Origin: Camelus ferus
Taxonomy: Eukaryota
Length of the DNA stretch: 64,000 nt
Assembly (NCBI RefSeq): GCF_009834535.1
Contig: NC_045696.1
Span: forward strand, 97,342,001-97,406,000
Direction: 5' to 3'
Shown: positions 28,161-40,575 of the stretch, piece after piece
Layout: every line of letters begins with the position of its first letter
How positions within the stretch are numbered: position 1 is the stretch's first letter
Made by a program: the position numbers and the translations under genes
Notes under the pieces: model-generated
What the model was told of the DNA's origin: nothing
Databases searched by the model: none
What the model saw: the letters and a program-made list of their open reading frames with translations, nothing else

Positions 28161-30196
28161 TTTTGTAAAAGTCATACACCAACATAAAGTAAGAACCAAA
28201 ATATTTCTTATCATCTACAATCCAAATGTAACTCCATCATGCCCCTCACACCCCACAAAAAACTGTGGAGGGAATAAAATCTAAGTCCTTTCAGCCTCTT
28301 GCAGCTACAATTTTTAAAACAATCACTACAGCATAAAGTGGCAACAAAATTTAGCAGAAGTACATGCCTTGTACCATTTCGGTTTACTAAGCTTCCCTAG
28401 AGTTCAGTTAAAATAAAGAAAATTGACTATTTGAAGAAATTGTTGATTTAGCATTAAAACCATATGGTAGAAATATAGTGGACTGCAATGACAGAGGACA
28501 GATTTCTGAAAACTAATCTTTATTTGGCTATAAACACAGAAGTTGGTGTGGTTCTGAAAGTTCTATTTTAAGTGACTATTTTAATGTTCTTGAACTAACC
28601 AGGTAATTTTACAAAATTTTTTAAAATGTTATTCCCCACTGGGATGTCAATTCAAGTCTTTTAAGAACTCTCTGCCTTAGAATGCTACAAAGTCATTTTT
28701 TCTAACTGAAAGATTTAATATAGCATTAATTTTTTCACCAAAGAGCCAGCAATGTTTTCTTAATTTCAAATACTCAGAAAAAATTAACATTTCCAAACAA
28801 TTATATTTTGTCACAGTAAAGAACAGCATTGTACAAAGATAAACAAAATAACGTTGTTTGGCTTTTCCTATACAGAGCTGTATTTTTCAGAGGATACAGT
28901 TTTTGTCAGTGTGAGTCAAAGTGATTGTTTTCTAATTAAGCAGCTGGCATGTAATCAATAGTTCTTCTTACTGGCCTTCTGGATAGTACACATACCCAAA
29001 CACTGACTCTGGGTATGGCTTTTGCTGCATCTCTCCAGGGCAGATTGAAAGGCTCAAGTGTGCTTTTCTTGATAAAAGATTAAAAAATTAAGACAGTGCT
29101 CTCTTTATTTTAAAATGTTACACACAACTCAGTTTCCTTCCCTCCAAAAATTGTTAATTGCATTTCTGCTGTCTTATTGGCTATCTCTGGGTCACAAACC
29201 ACTTGGAATAGTTTGTATACAGAAAATCTGCTGTTTCCTTTATTGTAACACACAACTTTCACTTCATCATTTACTTTTGAGGAAGGATAAGAGAAATCTT
29301 AGATTCTTTTATTGTAGCATAATATTCATGTTTTAAAAAATCTAAAGAATTATAAAAAGCAAACCCTGAAATACCCACCACCTTTAATCATTTGTAATAT
29401 CTTGATACTATTTTATTTATTTACTTACTTATTTTCTTCTCTCTTATGATGTCTACAATGGAAAAGGTTCCCTTCTCCAAGGAACGCTCTGTAAGACAGA
29501 GCCAACTCTCTTTTTTCTGAGATTTGGGTGTCACTTTGGATAGGAGGCATGACAAAAAAATAACCTTGCAACTACTCTCAACTGTAGCATACTGTATTAA
29601 TTAAGCTTTTCTCAGTACTCAATCCCAGGATGCTACATCAGGAATAAGGAAATTAGCTATTTTTCTAACTATTCTCTTAACTCACTGCATTCATACAAAA
29701 TTACACATATACATGAATGAACCACTACTGATTATCTACAAAAGATATTTATTTGCAATTCAGAAAAGAAGTACCATACATATATTATAAATGATTAGGT
29801 TCTACAACATACCTAATATAAAACCATACATAATCATCAATTTGGAAGCCCAGAAAATACAGACATAGGTTTCTGATCTAAGGATTATAGCTAAAAAACC
29901 TAATAGCCTGTCCACCAGTGACCACCCTTAGAAAGGAAATTTCCTCTGGGATGATATTCCAGTTGTTTTTCCAGTAACTATGATGAATTTATCCCTATCC
30001 ATTCATCCAACCTTGATAGGTGATCCATAATTCTTATCCTTGTGTATTTATGAAACTTATTTTTTATACATTACACACTGGCATGACTAAACTGCCCTTT
30101 AGAAGCCAAATTAGAAATTTTACACATCAATTGACATGAGTTACTATATCTCAGTGTGACTAACCAGCCAATGATTTAGTTTATGAAAGGTCAGAA

Positions 30197-30592
30197 CTAA
30201 ATTTATGTGTCAATTTGACTGGGCTAAGAGATGCCCAGATAACTGGTAAAATGCAATTTGGGAGTGTGGGGGGTTTTTGGAAGCTACTGGCATTGGATTC
30301 CATAGACTGAGTAGAGAAGATCCACCCTCACCAACGTGGGTGGGCACCATCAAATTCCTTGAGGTTCCAAACAGAACAAAAGCCGAAGAGAGGGCGAATT
30401 CCCTCTCTCTCTTCTTGACATTCACCTCCTCCTGCCCTTCAGACATCAGAGCACTTGGTTCTTAGGCCTCTGGGCTCCAGGATTTACACCATTGGCTCCC
30501 CTTGTTCTCAGGCCTTCAGATTTGAAATGAATTATACCACCGGCTTTCCTGGTTCTCCAGCTTGCGAATGATAAATTGTGGGACTTCTCAGC
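30197..30592 (+). mobile_element. MLT2-family (ERVL) LTR
   Basis: aatttatgtgtcaatttgactgggctaag..gatgcccagata..gaagatccaccctcaccaacgtgggtgggcaccatc..gtgggacttctcagcct. Confidence 0.85.
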
Positions 30593-30669
30593 CTAATATA
30601 GTCCACATCTTTGCCATCTTCAGCTTTATTCTATTTCACACCAATGGTGAAAAGCATAAAACATCAATG

Positions 30670-30895
30670 GCTGACACCTACTGCCTACTTATTGTGGGCA
30701 AGGCACTGTTTGATAAGCATTTAACATTTATTTCATTTGATCCTTGTAACAATCCTATGATGTAGGGAACATTTGTAATTCCCATTTTACAGATAAAGAA
30801 ATTGAGGCACACAGAGAAAAAACAACTTGCCTAAGACCACATTGCTAATAAATGATAAATATGGGATTCAAATGTATGCAGCCTGTTTCCATAAC
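30670..30895 (-). mobile_element. MIR SINE
   Basis: cccattttacagataaagaaattgaggcacacagag..acttgcctaagaccaca. Confidence 0.8.
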
Positions 30896-33218
30896 TTGAT
30901 TGAAGCCAACGTGTCTCCCTTGTAAACTAATGTCTTGTAAATTTAACACAACTGAGACTAAGGCAGAAATCATTACAAGCAACATGAGTAAGGAATCTTT
31001 AGCATTAAATGGCTATGATATACCATTGTATATTTGTGATATAAAAATAACCAAGTTAAAGAACATGTATAGACTAGAGCCTTATCCATTAAGACTATGT
31101 CTACATGGTGAGTTACAGTAAGAAATTTTCTAATATTCTTTCTGATGAGAATTTTCAATTTAAACATTTTAAACATATTTTTACATGTACATGTTTTTAC
31201 AGAATACATTATACACAGAAGTAGAAGGCTTACTATATAACATAGCTTGATTTAACAAACCTTTATTGCTCTCCTACTATGCACTATGACACAAATTAGA
31301 TATTTAATAATTAAAATGTGAACCCTAAACATAGCATGCATATACATGAAACACATGAAATAAAACTCTTAATAATGTCATAAAGAGATATAAAGGAGGT
31401 AGCTATAAAGTGGAAGGGTGGCACATTGAGCTGGAATGATTCATTCTGTCAGAGAGAGGGTAGAAAGAAAAGTAAGGCTTCCAGAAGAGGTAACATCCTC
31501 AGTTAGCTCTTAAATGATGAAACAGTCAGAAATATAGGTGATAAGATCATCTCGGAAAAGAACTTGAAGAGAGAAGGCGGTAAGTGCAAAGGCACAAAGA
31601 TACAGCAAGTTGAGGCTTCAGTAGGTAGTATGGCTACAGCATAAAATTCAAGTCAGGAAGAGGAAAGTGATGAGCTGGTGTAATAGCTAAATCATGAAAC
31701 CCCATTAGAAGTACTCAGACCCATAATGAGGATCCACTAAAGGGACAGGACTAACAAGCCCTCCTATTCATTCCTGAGTTGGGTTTTCACCCTCAATAAT
31801 AAATATTCAATGGCAGTATTTCCCTAAATTTTGCAGTGAACCACGTCTCATCTCTACCTAAAAAAGAAAATGATTTGGAAAAAAAAAAAAAAAAAGAGGT
31901 ATTCTAGCTTTTGGTTATCAAAGACTAGACTGAGACAAAAACTATATAGCTTGAAAGTGCAATTAACCTTGAAACCAGCAGAATTGGTTTACTTTTAATT
32001 TCTTAGTGGCATGAAATTAATGAAATATTACAAATATATTTCATTTTTGTTGGAAAAATCTATAATTACTATAGTTTAGTTCTGGATCAAATCTTAAAAT
32101 GGTTTAAATTCAAACTACTATAAAAGACAGTAACTCTGAAGAGCAGGAAATCTGCAACATTTGACTTCAAGCTCTGATTTATTTCCCATTAAAGGCAATT
32201 GAGAGTTTAGATTTAGAACTAATACACAATAGTAACCATAACTGTTATTTACAAAGCGCTGTACATTTTCAAACCCTTTTACAGTTATTATTTTATTCCT
32301 TTAATAAGTTTATTATGGAGCTGTCATTTCTTTCATGAAATGAATGGAGCAGAGACAAAAATCCAGGCACAGCAGGAGTCAGGGCAGCCTTTCCTACTAA
32401 ACAGACAAATCATCTAAGATCAAGCTATGGAAAGTACATGAAATAGTATCTTATAGTCTGTTCTCTAAGATACATGCAAGACACTGGGATCTCAGAAAGT
32501 CCAATAAAAGTAACATCAAGGCTTATTTTTACAGGCTTCAATCTGGCTCTTCTGACAAGGCCAATCCAGAGACAAATTTGTAAAGACCGTATTAAGAGTA
32601 TCAAAAAACCAAAGCTCTAGAGCAGCACTGATGATAGTGAGGGAAGTCCTATGGCAAACTTAGTTTTATTATTTGAAATGCCAGCTTAACCCACTCCATC
32701 AAGATAAACTTTATACAGGTGACAGAGTCAGCTTATTACAAGAGAAATCCCAACATCCACACAGATACAGATACAGATGTAGCAATTATACTGGAAGGGT
32801 GAAGGCATAAAACTAAAGGTTAACATTTCCATCCCTGGATTAGAGCAAGTGAGACCACTAATAAACGACAATTCAAGATGCCCAACAACAACCTGAAAAT
32901 TCTTAGAACCAACAGAAGTTACTGATATCTTAGTCAATGTTTATTTTCAATCTTACTAACACTGTGAATCATAAAACTGATGGGGTCATCTTCTTTCTAC
33001 TGGCTGCTAAAGGTTTAGCGTAAATTTTATAGCAAATAAAAAAGAATTAAGTAAACTCACAAACCTGTCTTTCTTGTGTTTAACTTTTGTCCTCACTCCT
33101 TTATATTTTTTAATCTGCATGAATGGTGTAAACTTTCTTAAAGCCTTTCTGAAACGGGAGAATTTAAGCCAGCTAACTAAACAAACAGTAACAAAAAAGT
33201 GAAAAAAGCAAACATTAC

Positions 33219-33344
33219 CTTTATATCAAAATTACAATCAAGTCTTCTAATTAACACGATGAAAGTGCCAGATGAATTGTCTTTTACTGGTGGAGGCACT
33301 ATGGGTTCACAGGCATTCTCTGGTTTTGAGTTAATCAAAAAACC
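33219..33344 (-). CDS. RNF13: RNF13 exon 4, aa 66-107 (PA domain)
   Basis: Acceptor ttctttttcag; 126 nt encode GFLINSKPENACEPIVPPPVKDNSSGTFIVLIRRLDCNFDIK; donor aag|gtaatg; NSS sequon at N88. Confidence 0.97.
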
Positions 33345-34199
33345 CTGAAAAAGAATCAGCAGTTTTTTCTCTGTTAAACTCGAAGAAATGAATTAAACTT
33401 ACTTCTACAAATACCTTTTGAATTTGTTCCATGTGTTTTTTGCATTATGCTACATGAATTATCCGGCAACTACAACAGATCCTAACTTCCAACTGCTTAC
33501 AACCCCACAATTTCTAAAGTAGTACTTAGGTTCCTAAGCATTTCATTTTTTTTTTTTTAAGTAAGTTCTGTTTTCAACTCTTAAAGTTAAAAAAAAAAGC
33601 CACACACACATAAGCCCATCACCCCAGAGATAACCACTGTTAGCATGTTGGTATATTTTCCAACAATGATTGACATTCCTAAACCAAGCAAATATTTTTT
33701 AAAAATTAATTTTTAAATTTATTTCATCACGCAATGAAAATGCATAGCATTTCTAGGGATTTATCCTATGGAAACACTATCCCAAGTATATAAAGGTATA
33801 TAAAGAAAGATATTCCCTGCTACATTGTTTTTAATAGCAAAAACTGGAAATTATGTGCATCAATAAGGCAACCATTTAAAAAATTAAAGTATATTCATAC
33901 AACAGAAAAATAAAAGAATCACTCTTGTGTGTACAGACACAAAAAAGGGTCTAAGTTGAATAATAGAGCCATACAGTAGAAAATAATAGAGCTTGTGGAA
34001 AGATGTCCACAAGATAACTACTAATTTAAAAAGAAAATAGTAAGATGCTTTCCCAGAAATACAGGATGATTTGACAACAGAAAATGTATTAATATAAAAT
34101 GTTACACTAATAGATTAAAACAGAAAAACCAAATGACTATCTGAATACATTAAAACACTGAAAAAATACATAAAAAGATGATCAAATTTATTAAATTCA

Positions 34200-34786
34200 T
34201 TTATAAGAAGAAACGAGCAATTAAAACTATGACACAGTGCCTTAACAACAGCTCTGTATGGCATGAGAATTGACCACACCAACCATCTAGTCCACAGGAT
34301 TTCTCAATTTTTCCTGCTTTAAGTTGCATTGCTTGGCTTGTGATAGGGAATGTTTTTGCACATGGTTCAAGAATAAAATGCAGCATACCTTCATTTACTC
34401 ATAGAATAGCTCCTCTTACTGATTCCATAAAGCACAGAAACAGAACTGTGGTTATCCTTCAAACAAGGAAGAGTTGCTTCACTCATATTAAATTTACACC
34501 TGCTGCCTTTTCTGTTCCTTTTGCACACACGTTTATTAACTTTTTTGCTCCAATGTCAAATCACATAGTGCAGTTCTTTTTAAGAGACTTATAACAGCAA
34601 CTAAACTCAACCCATGTATTACCACAAGGCATAAAAGTTCAACTGAAGTGAAGACAAAATCAACAGCTATGCTGGGCCAAATTTCCCATATCCATCATGA
34701 CTGCCACCTGGAGGACAGCAACCAAGAGACATATCCCAATTTTATTATGAAGTAATAAATACATCTTAGGATCAATAAATTTATGG
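34200..34786 (-). mobile_element. Kanga-like (TcMar-Tc2/pogo) DNA transposon, 5' part with a decayed transposase DNA-binding region
   Basis: The minus-strand ORF PITSQAMQLKAGKI..GWC..F....LLLRH resembles the CENP-B-type HTH of pogo/Tc2 transposases such as POGK. The terminus acatcttaggatcaataaatttatgg|ta resembles the Kanga TIR plus a TA target. Confidence 0.8.
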
Positions 34787-35544
34787 TATGTACAGACACC
34801 AAAAAGGGTCTACAAGTGGAACCAAAAAAAGGTTTTGGCTTTTTAATCATTTCTGTATTGATAAATCTGTTATGACAAGCATGTGCAAATTTTAAACGTA
34901 AGAAAACTTATAAAGATTAAATACACATAAGTTAAAAGTAAAAAAAAATCTATTTGCATTAATGGAAATTGACTGAAGACATTAAAAAATAAAACAGGCC
35001 TTAAATTATTAAATATTACATTTCCTTTGGACTATTCTAAAAAGAATAACTTGCCAAAATAGCTTACTAATTCCCATCCTTTCCTCAGATGTAAGTCACT
35101 TAAAGCAGTGCAAATTTACTTTGTTTCATCCACAAAGTCTGTGAGGCAGAGTAGTGGGCTTTCCCAATTAATGTGGCAGAACTCTGTGCCCTTAAATATG
35201 AGTGGCCAAGAAAGTGCTGCCTTAAGCCATAGCCACATGCCTCGTGTCATCCTTCAGGGCCAATCCCTTTTTATGAAAAGGATCCTTGTTCTGCAATAAA
35301 GGATCCTCCTCAACCTTCTTTTCTGACAGGGGCACTTATTTTATGCCAATATGTTGGAAACCCAAGAAAATTACCACTGTCTAGGAAACTCAGAAAGCAG
35401 ATGTCCACCTTTCTTTTCTTTGTTGTTTTAGTTTTCTTATGACTAAACAAGGATGATGGACAAAATTAGTGCATGCAGACTGGCACCTCAATATCACCAA
35501 ATAAATAATGCAGTAGGTTTGTTGTACATAAATATGTTGACTCT

Positions 35545-36140
35545 TTAAACAGCTTTTATGATTATACATAAAGCAAAGTGCACAAAATATAACTTCTCAG
35601 CTTGATGAGTTTTCCCAAACTAAACACACCTGTATAAGGAAACAGACAGCACTCCAGAAGTTCCCTGCATCCTCTCTGCCAGTCACTACTCCACAACCCC
35701 ACCCCCAATGTTACTATAAAGACTTCTAACAGCTTAGATTAGATTTTGCCTAATTTTATAATTGACACAACAAAAACAGACACAGTAAGTTCTCTTTTAG
35801 ACTTCTTTCTCTCCATATTGTATTTGAGATCCATCTCTACTATTCAGCAACCATACTGTTGAGATATACTTGGTAGAGCCTTCATTTTCATTTCCCTATA
35901 GTATTACAACGTGTGAACACACCAAAATTTATTCTATTGTTCATGACCACTTGAGTAATTTCTAGTAGGGACTATTAGAAATAGTGCTGCTATGAACATT
36001 CCAACACTAGTCTTTTCAGGAACACATGTACGTGATATTAAGCATGTACAAAGAAGGAGAACCATAATATATTAAGCTGGATCATGGAGTATCAAGCTTC
36101 AGTAAATGCCACCAAGCAGTTTTCTAAAGTGCTTTGTGTT
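35545..36140 (-). mobile_element. Old L1ME-like 3' fragment
   Basis: ttacatataaagcaaagtgcaca-like start; gtgctgctatgaacatt; tttctaaagtg. Confidence 0.7.
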
Positions 36141-36594
36141 GCCACTTTCTGACTAGAATATTCAAATAACCTAAACATAAAAAAAATACTGAATATAATT
36201 TTGCCTTAATGCTTCAGAAGCATTTGAAATTGTGATGTTTCAGAGTAAATGTTATGGCAAAATTACTTTTGATGACAAATTACACTGGTTAATAAAGTCG
36301 TAAAGAGATAGATAATTTGATAAAGTGGTTTTGTTTGAAAGATTCTTTTAGGCTGAAAAAAGCCTTAGACTTTCCTTCTCTTCAGTTTGCACTGAATGGC
36401 AAATTATACACGGTAAAATTAAGAAGACTATAAGCAGCGACAATGTCAACAAAAATGCTGAAGGCAAGGCAGCAGTGCAGCTTTCCCTTTGTAAGAGTAC
36501 AAAAGTAGAAGCAGGAAGAGAGGGAGAGAAGCGGCAAGTTATTTAGTTAGTGAATACCTGAAGTTATTAATTAATAATTAACAACTGCAGTAAC

Positions 36595-36850
36595 AGCAAG
36601 CAGTTAACATTTGCTGAGCCATGGCATTGAGGGCTGTGCGTCAGGCACCGTGCCCTTTAAAAGTTCTAATTCAGTTAATCTTTGCAATAAGCCTACAAAG
36701 TAACCACCATTGTTATTCTTATTTTAAAGATGAGAAAACTAAGTCTCAAAAAGGTTAGGTAACTTGCCTGAGGTTATTCACAGCACACATGCCATCCCAG
36801 GAAGTCTGCCTCCACACCCTGTGTTCTTAACCACTATGCTATACTGCCTT
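36595..36850 (-). mobile_element. MIR SINE
   Basis: attttaaagatgagaaaactaagtctc..ggttaggtaacttgcctgaggtt..gttcttaaccactatgct. Confidence 0.8.
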
Positions 36851-37154
36851 CACAAGATCCACAAGACAAAAAAACTAGGTGAAGAACAAAACGGGTAACA
36901 AGACAAAAAGATATCTACAAAAATGAACAAATCAAAGTGTTGGTCTAACAGGCACTTAAGGCTGATTCCAAAATTTGATACAAACACCTCAAATAATGAA
37001 GATGTCAGTGGAATCTTTCTATCATAATTTTTATATTCAAACATGGACCAAAAAGAGTTACACTGATCAATCAGACTTTATCAGCTAACATTTTCCTAAT
37101 GTGAGACAGCTTAATTCGTTGATATCAACAACTTTCTAGAATGTTACAAAATAC

Positions 37155-38100
37155 CCACTGCCTGTACACGCACTCAAGGGCAATGGAGCCTGATCAAACC
37201 CAACCCTCAGGGCTTCTACTCCAACAGCTGGGGAGAAGACCCACTCCCAACAGGATGGTAACAGCCACAGAGTAAAGAGGAAGCCCCACCTCACATCCAG
37301 CACAAGCTATAGACACAATGCCAATAACACCCCTTAATAAGACAGTAACAGTCAGCACGCTCTGAGGAAAGACATGGCTGCCATCCATACAAAACCAGCC
37401 CTCATACCAAAAATACTGGACACACACAGTCTACACAGAGACACTTCCACATAAAAACATCCCTTTAAAGGTAACTATTTCTCCTAAATTCAGAGACAGA
37501 GAAAATTAAGTAAAATGAAAAAGCACTGAGGAACTACTCCCAATTAGAAGAACAAGAGAAATTCCCTGAAAGAATAAATAATGAAACAGATTTCCCCAGT
37601 CTACTAGATCCCAAGTTCAAAAAGCAGGTAATAAAAATGCTAAAGGAATTAAGACAGATTACTGATAGAAATGCAGATCACTGTAACAAGAAACTAGAAT
37701 CCATAAAGATGAATTAATCAAATTAATCAAAATCGAACAATTCAATTTCTGAGATAAAAACCAACCTAGAAGCAAATGAAGGGCTGACTAAATGACACAG
37801 AAGAATGAATATGTAATTTGGAAGACAGAATGATGGAAATCACCCAATCAGAACAGCAGACAGAAAGACAAATTTTAAAAAAAATGAAAGTAACATATGA
37901 GATCTATAGGATAATATAAAGCATGCCAACCAACTCATAATAAGGGTTGCAGAAGGAGGAGAGAGAGAAGGGGATCGAAAATGTATTCGAAGAAATTATG
38001 GCTGAAAATGCCCCAAACCTAAAAAAGAAAACCGATATCCAAGTATAGGAAACACAGAGGATTGCAAACAAGATAAACCCTAACGGACCTACACCAAGAC
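37155..38100 (+). mobile_element. L1 5'UTR (3' part) and frameshifted ORF1 N-terminal half
   Basis: ATG at 37515, then after a frameshift RNYSQLEEQEKFPERINNETDFPSLLDPKFKKQVIKMLKELR, and later IENVFEEIMAENAPNL..RPTPR. These are L1 ORF1p motifs. Confidence 0.88.
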
Positions 38101-38604
38101 AACTACAACTGAACAGCAACAAAAACAAAAACAGGCAACCTGATTTAAAAATGCACATAGGACATGAATAATCATTTCTCTAAAGAAGATAAGCAATGGT
38201 CAATAAGCACATGAAAAGGTGTTCAACATCATTTATCATTAGGGAAACGCAAATAAAAACCATAATGAGATGCCACTTCACACCCATTAGGATGACTATA
38301 ATCAAAAAAACAGAAAATAAGTGTGAGCAAGAATGTGGAGAAATTAGAACCCTTGTGCCGGTGGGAACATAAAATGCAGGAGCCACTCTGCCAAAAACAG
38401 TATGATGATCCCTCAAGAAGTTAAATATAGAATTACCATATAGTCTAGCAATTACACTTATGGACAAATACTCAAAAGAAATGAAAGTAAGAGCTTGAAC
38501 AGATTATTTGTACACCCATGATCATAGTGGCATTATTCACAATAGCCAAAACATAGAAGCACCAGAAGTATTCAACAGCAGTTAAATGGATAAACAAAAT
38601 GTGG

Positions 38605-39141
38605 TAGTCATCCCTCAGTATTTGATTCCAGGATCCCCTGTAGATACCAAAATCCATTGATGCTCAAGTCCCTTATATTAAAGGGCATAGTATTTACATA
38701 TAACCTACACACATCCTGCCATATACTTTATTTTTGTGTCACTACAGGGAATAATACCATTTTCTTTCTTTCCTTTCTTTTCTTTTTTTTTCAGGGAAGG
38801 TAATTAGGTGTGTTTGTTTGTTTATTATTTTTTAATGGAGGTACTGTGGATTGAACCCAGGACTTCGTGCATGCTATGCACACACTCTACCACTGAACTA
38901 TATCCTTCCCCTTCTATACTTTAAATCATCTCTCATTTACTTACAATACCTAATACCTATACCAATACCTAATACGATGTAAATGCTATGTAAATAGTTT
39001 AAATACAATGTAAACAGTTGCTGACAAGTAGTAAATTAAAGTTTGGATTTGGGGAACTTCCTGGAACTTTTTTCAAATATTTTTGATCAATGGTTGGTTG
39101 AATCTGTGGGTGCAGAACCCATAGATATGGAGTGCCAACTG
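38605..39141 (+). mobile_element. MER2-family (MER2B-like) Tigger DNA transposon
   Basis: tagtcatccctcagtat..gataccaaaatcc..gatgctcaagtccctt..ggttggttgaatc..gatatggagtgccaactg|ta. Confidence 0.85.
38731..38914 (-). mobile_element. tRNA-derived SINE (Vic-1-like) with an extended 3' tail
   Basis: The reverse complement carries A-box tagttcagtggta and B-box gggttcaatcc. TSD tatacttta at 38722-38730 and 38915-38923. Confidence 0.88.
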
Positions 39142-39574
39142 TATACACATACAATGGTTTATCATTTTGCCTTAAAAAGGAAAGAAATTCTAATACATGT
39201 CACAACATGGATGAACTCGAAGACATTATGCAAATTGAAATAAGCCCGACACAAAAGGACTGTATGATTCCACTTATATGAGATCCTTAAAGTAACCAAA
39301 TTCATAGAGACAGAAAGTAGAATGGTGGCTGCTAAGAAGTAGGAAGAAGGGTAAATGAGGGCTTATTGTTTAAGGGTACAGAGTTTCAGTCTGCAAAGAT
39401 GAAAAAGTTCTAGAGACGGATTGTGGTGGTGATGGATATCAAATCCATAGGAATAAATGAAGAGAACCATAGTGATAAATAGGAAGGTTAATATAACAAC
39501 TTTAGAAATACATACTTCTTTTCTTCTCTTAGGTTCATTAATAAATACAAATTATATAAAGTAATAATTAAAAC

Positions 39575-40575
39575 AATAAACAAAAACAAACAACCCAATC
39601 AAAAAATAGGCAGAAGATCTAAACAGACATTTCTCCAAAGAAATACAGAGACCAGCAAGCACATGGAAAGATGTTCAATGTAGCTAATTATTTTAAAAAT
39701 GCAAATCAAAACTATAACAAGGTATCACCAGTCAGATTGGTCATTATCAAAAAATCTACAAACAATAAATGCTGGAGAGGGTGTGGAGAAAAGGGAACCT
39801 TCCCCTGTACTGTTGGTGGGAATGTAAACTGGTGCAACCACTATGAAGAATAGTAAGAGGTTCCTCAAAAAACTAAAAACAGAGTTACCAAATGATCCTG
39901 CAATCCTACTCTTGGGCATATACCTGGAGAAAACTCTTAATTTGAAAAGATACATGCACTCCAATGTTCATGGCAGCACTATTTATAATAGCTAAGACAT
40001 GGAAGTAACCTAAACGTCCATCGACAAATGAATGGAATGAATGGATAAAGAAGATGTGATATATATACATATATACATATATATATATATATGTACATAT
40101 ATATATGTACATATATAATGGAATATTATTCAGCCATAGAAAAGAATGAAATAATGCCATTTGCAGCAACATAGCTGGATCTAGAGATTATTATCCTAAG
40201 TCAAGTAAGTCAGAGAAAAACAAATAAATATCACATGATATCAGTTATATGTGGGATCTTAAAAAACGATACCAGTAAACTTATTTACAAAACAGAAACA
40301 GAATCACAGACATAGGAGAAAGGTGGAGGGGGATAAATTAGGAGTTTGGGTTTAACAGATACACACTACTATATATAAGAGAGATAAACAACAAAGACCT
40401 ATTGTATAGCACAGGGAACTATATTCAATATCTTGTAATAACCTATAATGGAAGAGAATCTGGAAAAGAATATATATACACGTATAACTGAATCACTTTG
40501 CTGTATACCTGAAACAAACACAACATTGTAAATCAACTATACTCTAATTTAAAATATATATATATATATATATAT
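39575..40575 (+). mobile_element. 5'-truncated L1 3' end with an internal (TA)-rich tract and a (TA)n tail
   Basis: [25 protein letters not shown] zinc-knuckle region of ORF2p; 3' UTR matches the L1 at 7770-9420. Confidence 0.93.

Larger units (their letters stand above)
38101..39435 (+). mobile_element. L1MB-like 3' end interrupted by a MER2-family element
   Basis: ORF2 end and a 3' UTR containing aaattcatagagacagaaagtagaatggtgg. The L1 reads aatgtggta|tacacatacaatgg across the insertion. Confidence 0.85.

Noticed and set aside
34201..34600. Domesticated pogo-like gene (POGK/TIGD-like)
   Set aside because: Only a short interrupted DNA-binding-region remnant is present, with no catalytic domain or long ORF.
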